A stretch of 64,000 nt of DNA from Phaeosaccion multiseriatum. Taxonomy: Eukaryota; Protista; Ochrophyta, other classes. The stretch is from contig OZ218951.1 in assembly GCA_965112735.1 (NCBI GenBank), forward strand, positions 186,001 to 250,000, read 5' to 3'. Positions 50,805 through 63,347 of the stretch are shown one piece after another. A program made the translations under genes and the position numbers. Each line of letters starts with the position of its first letter. Within the stretch, counting starts at the first letter, position 1. The notes below the pieces were generated by a model that saw nothing but the letters and a program-made list of their open reading frames with translations, made no database searches and was not told the DNA's origin.

Positions 50805-53800
50805 CTCCCTGCGATTGATCGGTAATCCGCTTTCCGCCGCCACGGAACCGTTTGAGCGCCGTCGGTTTGGCCAAGCAACATGAAACCGACACCAATGAAT
50901 GTCATTCATCTCTCTTGCGTCTCGTGTCTCCGTCCGTGCCCGGTCCGCTGCCATCCACTGCCTTCCCCTGTCATCCACTGCCACCCCCCGCAGGCACTGG
51001 AACTTTGGCTTTGTGGAGCTAGACGGGGCCTCTCTGCACCTGTACGCCTCTCGGGCCGCCAAACGGGGGGTGGCGGGGGTGGCAGACGGTGGGCATGATG
51101 AGGAGCCACTCTTCATGCTCGCGGTCGTGGACGTTACCATGGGTGAGTGGAGGTGTATCGGCATAAGTATAGATAGATGAGGTGGGGCGGCTGCGTATGA
51201 AGTCTGACTCGTGTGATTGCACCATCACTGACATAATGATATGAACTCGGACCACACCACTCTTGTGCCACCTGCTACCATCTGCTGCCATCTGCTGCCA
51301 TCCCACCACCCACCCCACCAGGCGAAGACGTGTTTGGGAAGAACTACGACAGAGGCTTTGCAATCGGGCTGGAGGGAGGGGGAAGCCTCCTGTGCAGGGC
51401 CGATAACCCTCAGCAGGCGCAGCACTGGACCAAGGCCCTTACTGTGATGGTGGAGCTGCTGCACGATGCCCTCGTTGACGAGCCCGTCTCTGAGGTGTCT
51501 CTCTCAGACGAGGAGGGGGGGGTGCCAGGCGGACGTGACGACCGAGAGGACGAGGGGGAGGAGGAGGACAGGAAGGAGCGAGAGAGGACGGAGGAAGAGG
51601 AGGAAGAAGAGGAGGACGAGGACGAGGAGGAGTACGACCTAGAGGACCTCGGGGACGAGCTGCAGGAGCAGAGGGACGGGCTCTTTAGTCGCTCCGAGCT
51701 GCAGGAGGCGGCGCTGGTGGTGCTGCAGGTGTTCGGGAAGGAGCTGCGCCGGCTTGACGCACTCGACAATGGGTCCTTCAACAATGGCGACGTTTACATG
51801 GTGTACCACTGCTCGCACGTACGTGTGTGTGTGATGTGGTGCTCATGGGAGAGGAAAGGATATTCCGAAGGGAAGCGCGCCACCACCTTTCCTCTCTGTA
51901 ACTGCCTGCTTGCTCTACTTTTCTGTAACTCCCTTGTAACTGCCCCTGTTCTCTCTACTGTACCCCCTTGTTACCCTGCCTCTTCCTAAGTCTGCTGAGG
52001 GCGGCGGTGTGAGCAAGGTGCTTTACTATTGGGTGGGGAGCAAAGCGGCTATGGACAAGGCGGTTGTCGCCTCCATCAAGGCCGTCGAGCTCAAAAGCAG
52101 TCTAGGAAGGGCCACGTGAGTAGGGGGGAGGAGGAGGGGGGGGGGGAGGGAGGGGAGGGCTGTGTAGGGAGGGCTACAATTACAAGGTGGAGAAGCGTCT
52201 TGACCCTAGTCCCTCCCCCCCCTCCCTCTCCGACAGCATCACTCGTGTGGACGAGGGGGAGGAGCCCGCGGAGTTCCTGTGGCTCTTCAACTACGATCTG
52301 CGAGTCAGCGACACCACAAGCGCCCCAGAGACGCTCAACAAGGTACGGTGGGTGCTGTACCGGGCCATCACACACGTGTTGGTTGTACACAGCCTTGCAG
52401 CCTCCCTCTCGCTCTCGCCGCGGACGGTAAACAACAACCTTATGTGCGTCTCTATTAAGCCCCCTGCCATCCCTTGCCATCCCTTGCCATCCATCTGCCG
52501 CCGCCATCTGTGTGTACTGTGTAACAGGTGGTGCAGTGGAGCGAGATGGGGGGATGCATGTTGGTGGTACGGCTGCTTGGGCCCGACGAGCTACGTCAGC
52601 CTGACGCAGAGGACTGGGGGGGGGAGTGGGGTGGCGAGATGCCCAAGAGGGCCATGAGGGCTGCATACACCTTGCACAGAGTGCGCTGCGAGACCGAGGT
52701 CAGTGCCCAGTGTCAATTTCATGGCTGAGTTTCAGTTTCAGTGTCAGTGTCAGTGCCGCTGTGTCTGTTCCAGAGCCGCTTGGCTTTGCCTCACTTCGCT
52801 GTACCGCTGTGCCCTTATGTGTGCCCTTATGTGTGCCCTCATGTGTGCCCTTATGTGTGCCCTTATGTGTGCCCTTATGTGTGCCCTTATGTGTGCCCTC
52901 ATGTGTGCCCTTATGTGTGCCCTTATGTGTGCCCTCATGTGTGCCCTTATGTGTGCCCTTATGTGTGCCCTTATGTGTGCCCTTATGTGTGCCCTCATGT
53001 GTGCCCTTATGTGTGCCCTTATGTGTGCCCTTATGTGTGCCCTTATGTGTGCCCTTATGTGTGCCCTTATGTGTGCCCTTATGTGTGCCCTTATGTGTGC
53101 CCTCATGTGTGCCCTTATGTGTGCCCTTATGTGTGCCCTCATGTGTGCCCTTATGTGTGCCCTTATGTGTGCCCTTATGTGTGCCCTCATGTGTGCCCTC
53201 ATGTGTGCCCTTATGTGTGCCCTTATGTGTGCCCTCATGTGTGCCCTTATGTGTGCCCTCATGTGTGCCCTTATGTGTGCCCTTATGTGTGCCCTCATGT
53301 GTGCCCTTATGTGTGCCCTCATGTGTGCCCTTATGTGTGCCCTCATGTGTGCCCTTATGTGTGCCCTTGTGCCCTCTCGCTTGATTGGATTGCATTGAAC
53401 AGGAGCTTGTGTCCGACCGCGTGGTGGTCATCGACGACCGCATGGGAAAGGTCTATCTGTGGGTCGGGCACTTCGCCAAGTTCCAGCACAAGAACCACGG
53501 TGAGGCATGGATGGCAGTGGATGGCGGAGGGGGGGAGATATGCCAAAGACGATACAATCTCGATGTCCGTTCCTCACACTGTCCTCTAATATCACCCCCT
53601 GCCATCCACTACCACCTACTACCATCTACTGCCATCCCCAGGTATTGAGGCGGCCAACGCTCTGAAGCGTGACTTCGCTAAGGCTGCTCAGGTGGTGGTG
53701 GTGGACGAAGACGAGGAGCCCGACAGCCTCATTGACCTCCTCAGGAAGACCAAGGCCAGGTACGGTATGCTTTGTTGCTTGGGCTGTTTGGGGTACTTGT

Positions 53801-56800
53801 TGGGGTCCTTGAGGGGCACTTGTCTGAGTAGGGGTGGAGAGGGGCACTTTGCCCAATGTCGATGTCAATGTCGATGTCAATGTCGATGTCTGTCACCTCC
53901 CCATGCCCGTGACTCCCTGCCATATACTGCCATCTGCCCCCCTCATGTCATGTCTTTCCCCTGCCATCCACCCGCCACCCATCTGCTGTCCACTGCCATC
54001 CCACCCCTCAGCCTCAACCGCCTCGACGCCGCAAGCCGCCAGGAGGAGCTGTTCGACCTGTTGGAGCAGGGGGAGGAGGAGGACGAGGACGAGCAGCCCG
54101 GATGGCAGCTCGCGGAGGAGCGGGTGAAGGCCTACGGAGGCCTCGCCATGAGCCTGTTCCGCGTGACGCCGGACGAGGAGGCTGCGAGAGACGACCGCAC
54201 GGTACTCAATGTCGACCTCGTCAGTACCACCAGCAAGGTGAGCAAGAGTTTCAGTTTCAGCTAGAGCAGGGGTTTAGTGTAGTTGCAGCTGAGAAGCGGC
54301 GAAGGAGGAGGAGGAGGAGGAGGAGGAGGAGGAGGAGGAGGACCCCAAAAATTCCCCCAACCCACCCCACCCCTCCCCTCCCCTCCCCTCCCCTCTCTTC
54401 CCAACCCCATCAGGAGCATCTGCAAGAGACCGTAGGGGACTCGTTCGAGGAGGAGGAGGAGGGCTACCCGCCCCTCCTGCAGCACCTCAACACCTCCTTC
54501 GCCTTCGTGTTGGACTGCTTTGCCGAGGTGTTTGTGTGGTACGGCACCAAGGCCCCCCGGGGCGTGAGGCTTGGAGCGCTCAAAGTGGCTGCGCAGATGG
54601 TCAAGGGGTCCTATCGGCCCTCCTGGATAGAGAGGTAGGGAGGGGGTCAGGCTCAGTCATGTGCTCGGTCATGGTCCAGCTGCAGGCGTTGGTGGTTCGC
54701 TGATTCCCCGATCGGCCCTGTGATCCGTGCCGGACCACCGGATCTCCTACTTGCTTTCCTTTCATTTCCTTGCCCCCCACGAAAGCAGACCTCTGAAGCG
54801 CTTGCCTTGCGTTGCCTGCTTTGCCCCCCCTCCCCCGCCCAATCACCCCCAATCACCCCCAATCAGCATCGTTCATGTCCGAGAGGGCTCTGAGCTGTTC
54901 GTGTTCAAGAGCAAGTTCAGGGACTGGGGAGTCACGGGGCTGCAGGCTCAGGCAGGGGCGGGAAGGGCACCCATCATAAGCAGGGACCTTTTCCACAAGT
55001 AAGGCCGTCGATGGAAAGTAGTAGAAAGATAGCACCACAATGGGTCTACCGTCAGGTGTCGGGTGTAGGCCTACTCTACCCTGCGCTGTATCACCAACTG
55101 CCCTGCCTTGACACTGACACTTGTCTTCTCTCCCCCACCCTCCCTCCATCCCTCAGGAGCACACGCACCATCGCGGCGCACAGTGTCGCCCCCGAGGACG
55201 AGGTGGTGCAGCGCCTTGTGGAGCAGCTCAAGGCAGTGGCCAAACCGAGGGTACTGCTCTCCAGGGTGGATGAGGAGGTGGCCGCACTTGGGGTCGGGGA
55301 CAACTTGGGCTACGGGGAGTTCTTGGTGAGTGTGTTGGTGATACGGAGGGAGAGGATCGAGTGGGGCCCGCCCTGCCCTCGGTCGGCAAAGGCGAGCGAC
55401 TGAAGGACCCGAGTGACTGAATTGTCGGATCGGAAAGCCCATCCACTGCCATCTGAGTATTATAGTCGTTTCCTTGAGTCGCTTGTGGTCTCTTGCCCAC
55501 CACCTCCGTAACCCCCCCCCCCCGTATGCTCCAAGACTCGCCTCTTTCCCCTTTCCCCCTCCTCCTCACTCCCCAGCCGTCTCTTGTACCCCATAAGTCA
55601 ATAAATCTCACTCCTCGCTCCTCCCTCCTAACTCCTCCCCCCTACCCTCCCTCCTCCCTCCTTAGGTGTGGCGGGTGGGCAAGAAGGCTCTTGTGGAGGT
55701 GGGCCCTTTAGAGCTCGGCCACTTCCAAAGCCACCACTGCTACGTCGTACTCTTCGGCTATGAGATCGACGAGCACGGCAAGGGCACCGGCACAGAGGGA
55801 GGAGGGGGGGAAGAAGGGGAGGAAGGCGCGGCAGGAGGTGAGTGTGAGGAGAGAAGGGAGGGAGGGAGGGAGGGAGCTGACCGAGCGGACCCGCCATGTC
55901 GAACTCAAACTTCCATTCCATACACGCCCCGGTGCTTGATGGGGGCAGTCCCCCCTTTCCTTGCGTCATGTGTGTACCCTTCACCAACAGCCATTACCAT
56001 CCAGTGCCATCCACCACCAGCCATTACCATCCATCACCCTCCACCACCAACCCTTTTCCATCCACTGCCATCCATCGTATTGGCATGCCCCAACGACCCA
56101 ACTCTCGACCTCCATGCGTGCCTGTGTCTGTCTGTGTGTGTCTCTCGCCCACTCTCTCTCTTTGTCTCTGTATCACCAACTGCTCAGGCGCACGGCCTGG
56201 ACCTGGAGGGGCAGACACCGAGAGCCTCGCCTCGGAGAGTGTCCTCGGCAGTCTGCAGAGGGCCTCAGTGGGGGGCAAGGGACAGGCAGGAGGAGGAGGA
56301 GGGGGGGGGGGGACATCCTCGTCTTTGAAGAGGCACCGGAGGCTCGCCACAGATAAGGCAGAGGCTCTCGAGGATGCGCTGGAGGACGGGGAGGACGACG
56401 ACGAGGAGGAGGAAGGGATGGAGGAGGAGGAGGAGGACGACGACGACGACGGGGAAGGGAGTGGGTCAGGTTGGGGGGGAAGAGGCACCACAGGCAGGAG
56501 GAAGGGCGCCAAGCAGAAGCAGTACATTGTGTACTTCTGGCAAGGTGAGTGTGTTGGTGATACGGAGTGAGGGAGGCAGAGGGAGGGAGGGAGGGAGGGA
56601 GGGAATGTCAGCGGTGGATCGTGATCGTGCGGCTGTGCGTCGCGCAAAGAGAATGTCGTTGCCTTCTCCTCCTTTGATTGCCCCACCCCACCCCCCCCCA
56701 ACTCTGCAGGAGCGAGGGCCAAGAAAGGCGACTGGATCTTGTGGCAAATGAAGCTGCGCAAGGAGAGCTTGCCCCAGTGGAAGGCGTGCTTCGGGCAGGT

Positions 56801-56974
56801 GCGTGGGCGTGGTTTGCTTCATTCATTTGTTAAGGAACCCTGACTCCATTGTTGCCATTTGTTGCCATGACCCTTCCTCCTCCCTCCTCCCATGAGCTGA
56901 TGCGATGGCCGAGCTTAATGCGCCATGTCCCTCCTCCCTCTTGCCAACTGTGATTTGGCCTTCCACCCCCCACC

Positions 56975-57018
<44 letters not shown>

Positions 57019-57495
57019 CGACTCAGCGGGATCGTGTTGTGCGTGTGGAGCAGGGCAGAGAGCCCTTTCACTTCCGCACAATCTTCGGCAGGTATGTATG
57101 ATGTGTGATCACTGACTTATCGATCTCCTCGCTTGTCTCACTGACTTGCCCTCCCCTCCCCTCCATTCTTGACCTGTACAAACCCCAGGGGGCGTGGGCA
57201 TGGGCGATTGGTGCTGCATGACTCTCGCTGGAGGGGCAGACACGTGCCCGACAGACGCGTGGCCCTGTTCAAAGTGCTGGAGGTGGAGGGCGGGATGGCA
57301 GTGGAGGGAGAGGAGGGCGGGATGGCAGTGGAGGGAGAGGAGGGCGGGATGGCAGTGGGTGGCGCGCTGTGCCAGGTGTTCCAGGTGCCGGCCCTGCTCA
57401 GCAGCCTGAGCTCGCAGGCCGTGTTCGTGTGCCTACTCACCACCGTCTACAGCGACGACGCGCTGGTAAGTGTGTGTGTGTGCATGTGTGTGTGT

Positions 57496-57526
<31 letters not shown>

Positions 57527-60006
57527 CGTGTGCGTGTGTGGTTGGGTATGTATGTGCGTGTGTGTTGATGTCCTCTCCAATGCCCATTATCCGATGTTTC
57601 TACCTCTGTTCCTGTCTCAGGAGAGCGAGGACAGCGAGGACGGGCTGGAGGAGGAGGGCGTGTGGTTCTGGATGGGCCGCCACGCCAAGCAGGAGGTTCA
57701 AGAGTTCAGCGTCAAGGCCCTCCTCTCGCTCATGGCCTACTACTCCATGCCGCCGGACTTCCCCGCTGCCATCATCGAGGAGGCGAGTAGGGGAAGCAGG
57801 GGACAAGGGCCGGCCGCTCTTCTCTCTCTTGTGTCTCCCGCTTCCTCTCCCATGTCTTGTGTTTGCCTCTCCTCCTCTGTCTCCCTCCTTCCTCCCTCCC
57901 CCCTCTGCGAGAGTGAGCCTAACCGTAAGGACTTGTGTGTGTTGGTGCGCGTGTTGGTTGTCCACTCCAGGGGGAGATGGACGAGTATGACGACGACACT
58001 CGCCAAGCGTGGGAAGCCATGGCACAGCTCCTCAGTGGCGGACAGCCTAGTGATGCACCACTGCCCACCCGCGGGGAGTGGGCACGATGGGAGGACTGGC
58101 CCGATGACGTGCAGGCCTTGGGCTTGGATCACCAACACGAGGGGGATGGAGAGGACGGGCAGGCGGGCGGGCTGCGGCTGGCCAGGGGGCTCGTGTCGGA
58201 CAGCAGCGACGCACAGGGGGGACTCACGCTGAGGCCACTGCACGGCATGCAGCAGGGAGACGTTGAGGTGTGAGACAGAGAGAGGGGAGGGCAGAGGAGG
58301 CGGTGTTTGCGAGTGCTCTGCAGGAGATAAAACGCCCTCACCCCACTTCCCCCCCTCATTCTCTTGCCTCCCTCCCTCCCTTTGATCAGGAGGGGCGAGT
58401 AGTGGTGGTCGACGCACCGGAGGGAGTGTATGTGTGGAGGGGAAGAGAGGCGAAGAAGGACGTGTTCGAGCTCGTGTGGAAGGCAGCCCAAGCCTACAAA
58501 GACTGCAAGGCCCTCCCTTGGGGGAGGAGAGTATTCCTCGTAGGGCACGGGGCAGAGGAGGAGGAGTGGAGGATGGAGGAGGAGGGGAAGGAGGAGGGGG
58601 CGGGGGAGGAGGGAGATGGGGGCAAGGTGAAGGTGGGGAGACATAGACATCGGGAGCGCTTGCTGGAGTTCCGGGCACACTTCCAGGCCTGGGATGAGGG
58701 GCAGGATGGCAGTGGACAGGCGTTCGACGACGTGTATGAGAAGAGGCTGGGCAAGATGCAGGAGGCAGGCAAGCTGGGGGACATCGCGGGCATACGGGGA
58801 AGGGTGATGGACGACGAGGAGGCTGGTCGGTACTGGACGAGGAAGAAGGAGGACGAGGCCAGGAAGAAGAAGGCAGAGGAGAGGAAGGAGACCTGGCCCA
58901 TGCCCATCCCGACCGTGGAGCCGGCACTGGAGGGAGCAGGGGGCGGACAGGGAGGCGAAGACTCGAAGGGTCGATACGATGCTGCTCGGGCGCTGTTCCG
59001 GAGCACGGAGCGCAAGGCGGAGGAGGAGGGGCTTGCAGCCTTTAGACCGGACAAGGAGCTGAGGAGGTGGGCCATTAGCACCAGTCAGAAGGGCGTGGCC
59101 TCGCCCTTGTGCAAGGCCACCCCGCCCGGGGCGGCCAAGGGCAAGGCCATGGGACGGCCCAGGGACTTCACGGCGTTGAGCCGAGCGGGTAAGGAAGGAG
59201 GGGGAGGAGGGGGAGGAGGGAAGGACTTTCTCGACGCACTGACGCTTTTTGTACACGTTGAGCCCTCTCCCTCCTCCCCCCAGCCTCTTGCTCTCTCAAG
59301 ACCGGCTACAGCCCTACCTCCTGACTCCCTCTTCCCTGAGACCGGCTGCTAATCCCCCCTCTCTCTCTCTCTCTCTCCAGACCGGCTGATGCAGGCGCTT
59401 GATGAGGCCTCAGGCACTCCAAGAACCAAAGCTCTGCACCGCAGGCGCACTCGCAGCAAGGTACGGTGCTGTACAGTAAGTCAGTGGACAGTAAGTCAGT
59501 GGACAGTAAGTCAGTGGACAGTAAGTCAGTGGACGGACACGCACGCACGCGCGGCGAGGTCCACGGCATGCCTCAAGAACGGAGCTCGAGGACGGAGTAC
59601 GCCTTGCCCCCCCTCGAGAGCAAACATTATACTCTACTCCGTGCTAAACTCCTACGCCCCCCCTGACTGTCTATCTGCCCATCTGCCTCCCTCCTTCCCT
59701 CCCTCCCTCTACGTACTACCGGGTGTCAGGTATCGTTTGCGGTGCAGTTGGGAGAGGCCGGCATGGACGCCACAGAGGTTTCCGTCCCTGCCCCTGTCGG
59801 GGTGCCCCCCGGGACCACCCTCCCCAAGGGGTACGCCTCTGCTCTGGAGGAGGCCAAGGAGGAGCTTGCCAGAGAGAGTGTGGAGAGGGCAAGGCTTGTA
59901 TTCGAAGGAGGCAGGTGTGTGTGTGTGTGGAGAGGGCAAGGCTTGTATTCGAAGGAGGCAGGTGTGTGTGAGTGTGGAGAGGGCAAGGCTTGTATTCGAA
60001 GGAGGC

Positions 60007-60039
<33 letters not shown>

Positions 60040-63000
60040 GGAGGCTCTGGGAGGGGGGAGTGAGAAAAGGCTCCCACTCTAACAGTTGGGCCCTGAAGTG
60101 TACATGTTGGGGCTTCACTCGCCGATGACCGTGTAAGGGAAGCTCAGACGCTCTTCCGCTGATTGCGCTCGTCTCTTCCGTCTCTAATCCCATCCCACTC
60201 CATCTCATCCCACCTCTCATACTATGTCCACTCGGAACCCTCCCCTCCCCTCCCCTTCCCTTCCTTTCCCTTCCCTTTGCTACCCTTCCTTTTCGTTCCC
60301 TACCCTTCCCTTCCCTTCCTTTCCCTTGCCTTCGCTACCCTTCCCTTCCCTTCCTTTCCCTTCCCTTCGCTACCCTTCCTTTCCTTTCCCTACCCTTCCC
60401 TTTCTTTCCCTTCCCTTCGCTACCCTTCCCTTCCCTTCCCTTCCTTTCCCTTCCCTTCCTACCCTTCCTTTCCTTTCCCTACCCTTCCCTTCCCTTCCTT
60501 TCCCTTCCCTTCGCTACCCTTCCTTTCCTTTCCCTACTCTACCCTTCCTTTCCCTTCTCTTCCCTTCCCTTCCCTTCCCTTCCTTTCCCTTCCCTTCCCT
60601 TCCCTTCCCTTCCTTTCCCTCCCCTTCCTTTCCCTCCCCTACCCTTCCCTTCCCTTCCCTTCCCATCCCTACCCTTCCCTTCCCTTCCCATCCCTCCCCT
60701 CCCCTTCCCTTCCCTTCCCCAGTGCGGCGCGTATGGCCCGGCGGACGAACGCACCCCCCGGGGGTGGGGCACCGACACTGACCCTCGCCATCGCGGAGCA
60801 AGAGCGACAGAAAGGGCTCGACGGCTTATGGACGCCGGACAGTGGTGAGTGAGTGAGTCGGGCGGGGGGGAGGCAGTAATGCTGGGAGGGAGTGGGTGGA
60901 TGTGTAGGTGTGTGGGTGCGTGTGTGTGAGTGCGTGCGTGTGTGTGAGTGAGTAAGGGAGTGAGGAGGATGAGTGAGTGTTTCTTTCTTTGCGTACTTGA
61001 ACTTCAAACGATCACTCGGACCCCCCTGTCCTTCCTGTCTTTTTGTCCATACCCAGGCTCCATGAGCGGCTCTGGGCTGATGGCGCAGCTGCAGCGGAGA
61101 GGCGGCGGTACCCCCTCGGGTATCACCCCCTCGGGCACCACCCCCCTGGGAACCACCCCCCTGGGAACCACTCCCTCGGGGACCACCCCGTCGGGGAAGG
61201 TGAACCCTCTGTCCCTGCACGAGGCCATGGTCTTCGCTGCCAAGGTGCGCTCTTCTGCTGTCCATCCACTGCCATCCCCTCCTGCCCCTCCCCATCCGCT
61301 GCCTGCCCCTCCTGCTCCTCCTTCCACTCACCATCCACTGCCCCCCCCTCCTGTCCCTCTCTGTCTCTCTCCCTCCCTCCCTCCCTCCCTCCCTCCCCCC
61401 CTCCTTCTCACTCTCCCTCTGTCTCTCTTTCTTCCTCTCCCCCTCTCTCTCCCTGTCTGTCTATCTACGTCTCTTTTGCGGAGTCAATGGTGTGCTCACT
61501 CACTGACTCACTGACTCACTCACTGACTCACTCACTGACTCACTGACTCACTCACTGACTCACTGACTCACTCACTGACTCACTGACTGACTCACTCACT
61601 CACTCACTGACTCACCCGCCCCCCTCCCCCCCCCCTCACCAAAACCCTTTTTTGATCCTTTGGTGCTTTGTCTTCCGACAGGAGGTGCAAGAAGGAAAAG
61701 GAGGAAAGGGAGGAGGAGACAAGGGAGCTCGGGCAGCAGGGGCAGCAGGGGCAGCAGGAGAAGCAGCAGCGGCAGGGGCAACTGGAGAGGCAACTGGAGA
61801 GGCAGGGTCCGGGTCAGGGCCAACGCCGGGGGCGGGGGGGGCGGAGAGGGGCGGCGACGAGATGCGACGTCGAAGGAGGGCGCGAGGGGGCTCTGCGGGG
61901 GGTGCGGCGGCGTGGCAGGACGAGGGGGCAAGGGATGAGGCGCTGGCGTCCTTCCTCGGCAGACTTGCGAGCAAGAATAGAAACCCCAACATGTATGTAG
62001 TTGGGCAGGAGTGGGCATGAGAGGGCATGAGAGGGCATGAGCAGGTGTTGAGCAGGTGTTGCAGCTACATTTACAATGGGCTCCGGCAAACCGGCGGTTC
62101 TTTCGGCGCCGGCTCCGCCTCTGATCTTCCCATGCTCTTATCATGTTACCTTGTGCGTTCCCCCCCCCCCCCTTTGCCCCCCCCCAGACCCACCCCCACA
62201 CACTCCGCTCGAGGCCACCGGCGCTCTCACCGAGGCCACCGCTTGTCGGGCTCCAGCAGCCTTACGCCAGACACCCTCACAGGGCTCACGGAGGGGCAGG
62301 GGCAGGGGCAGGCATATGGGCTGGAGCACGCGTATGCGCAGGTGTATGGGAGTGCAAGTCTGTGCATGTCCTCCTCATCATCCTCCTCCTCCTCCGACGA
62401 CGACGACAGTGATGAAGGCAAGGAAGCGTGCCCGCCATCGCCGGCGGGGGCGGGAGTGGGCAGGGCATCACACGTGGCATCGGGGGGGGAAGGAGGGGGG
62501 GAAGGAGGGGCAGGGGCGGTGGAGGGGGGCAGAGGTTTACGCTTCAAGGACTTGACGGTGGGGACGGAGGGGTTGGAGGCATACCGAGAGGACTCGTCTT
62601 CAGATGACGACCACCGCGACGATTTCGACGACCACGACGAGGAGGGTGATGGGAACGACGTCGGAGCGACAGGTGAGAGGGGGCTTGGTCCTTCGTCTTT
62701 CGTCACTGTCACTTGCCTGTATGTATGCCTTCGTATGTTTGCCCATACGCCTGCATGCTGCGCCTCGATGCGCTGCGGTGCTGCGGGTGTTGTGCGCTAC
62801 ACATGTCATGTGCAAACGGATGGCAGCGGATGGAGGATTGGATGGCAGCGGATGGAGGGTTGGGCTTTGGGTTGTGGCAGTGGAAAGTCGAGGGGGATGG
62901 CGCCACCCAAGGAAAGAAGGGAGGAAGGGAGGAAGGGAGGAAGGAAGGAACGGAGCGCTCCTTCATGCATCCATCCACCCTCTTGCTTCTCTTTTGCCTC

Positions 63001-63309
63001 ATTCCTCCCTCTCTTGCTGCTGCCCTTGCTGTTGGTGATACAGCCCGCGCGCGGCTCATGTCCCCCGGTCTGACGGTGGCGACCGCCAACTTCGATATGG
63101 CCCCCACCCCGGACCGCATGCTCAGTAGCCACAGCTACAGCTACAGCCAAGCTATGAGCCGCAGCCACGGCAACAGCCACACCAAGCCACGTAAGCGCAT
63201 CAGCATCTCCCTCCACCCCGATGCCTTGGCCGACGACGAGGAGGACGGCCACACATTCGTCGGGGGTAAGTGCGCGTGCGTGCGTGTGTGGGGCCGTGTG
63301 TGTGTGGGG

Positions 63310-63347
<38 letters not shown>

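Noticed and set aside
52626-53589. Long repetitive ORFs (CVPL/HKGT/MCAL/RAHI)
   Set aside because: These are translations of a stop-free 12-bp intronic satellite.
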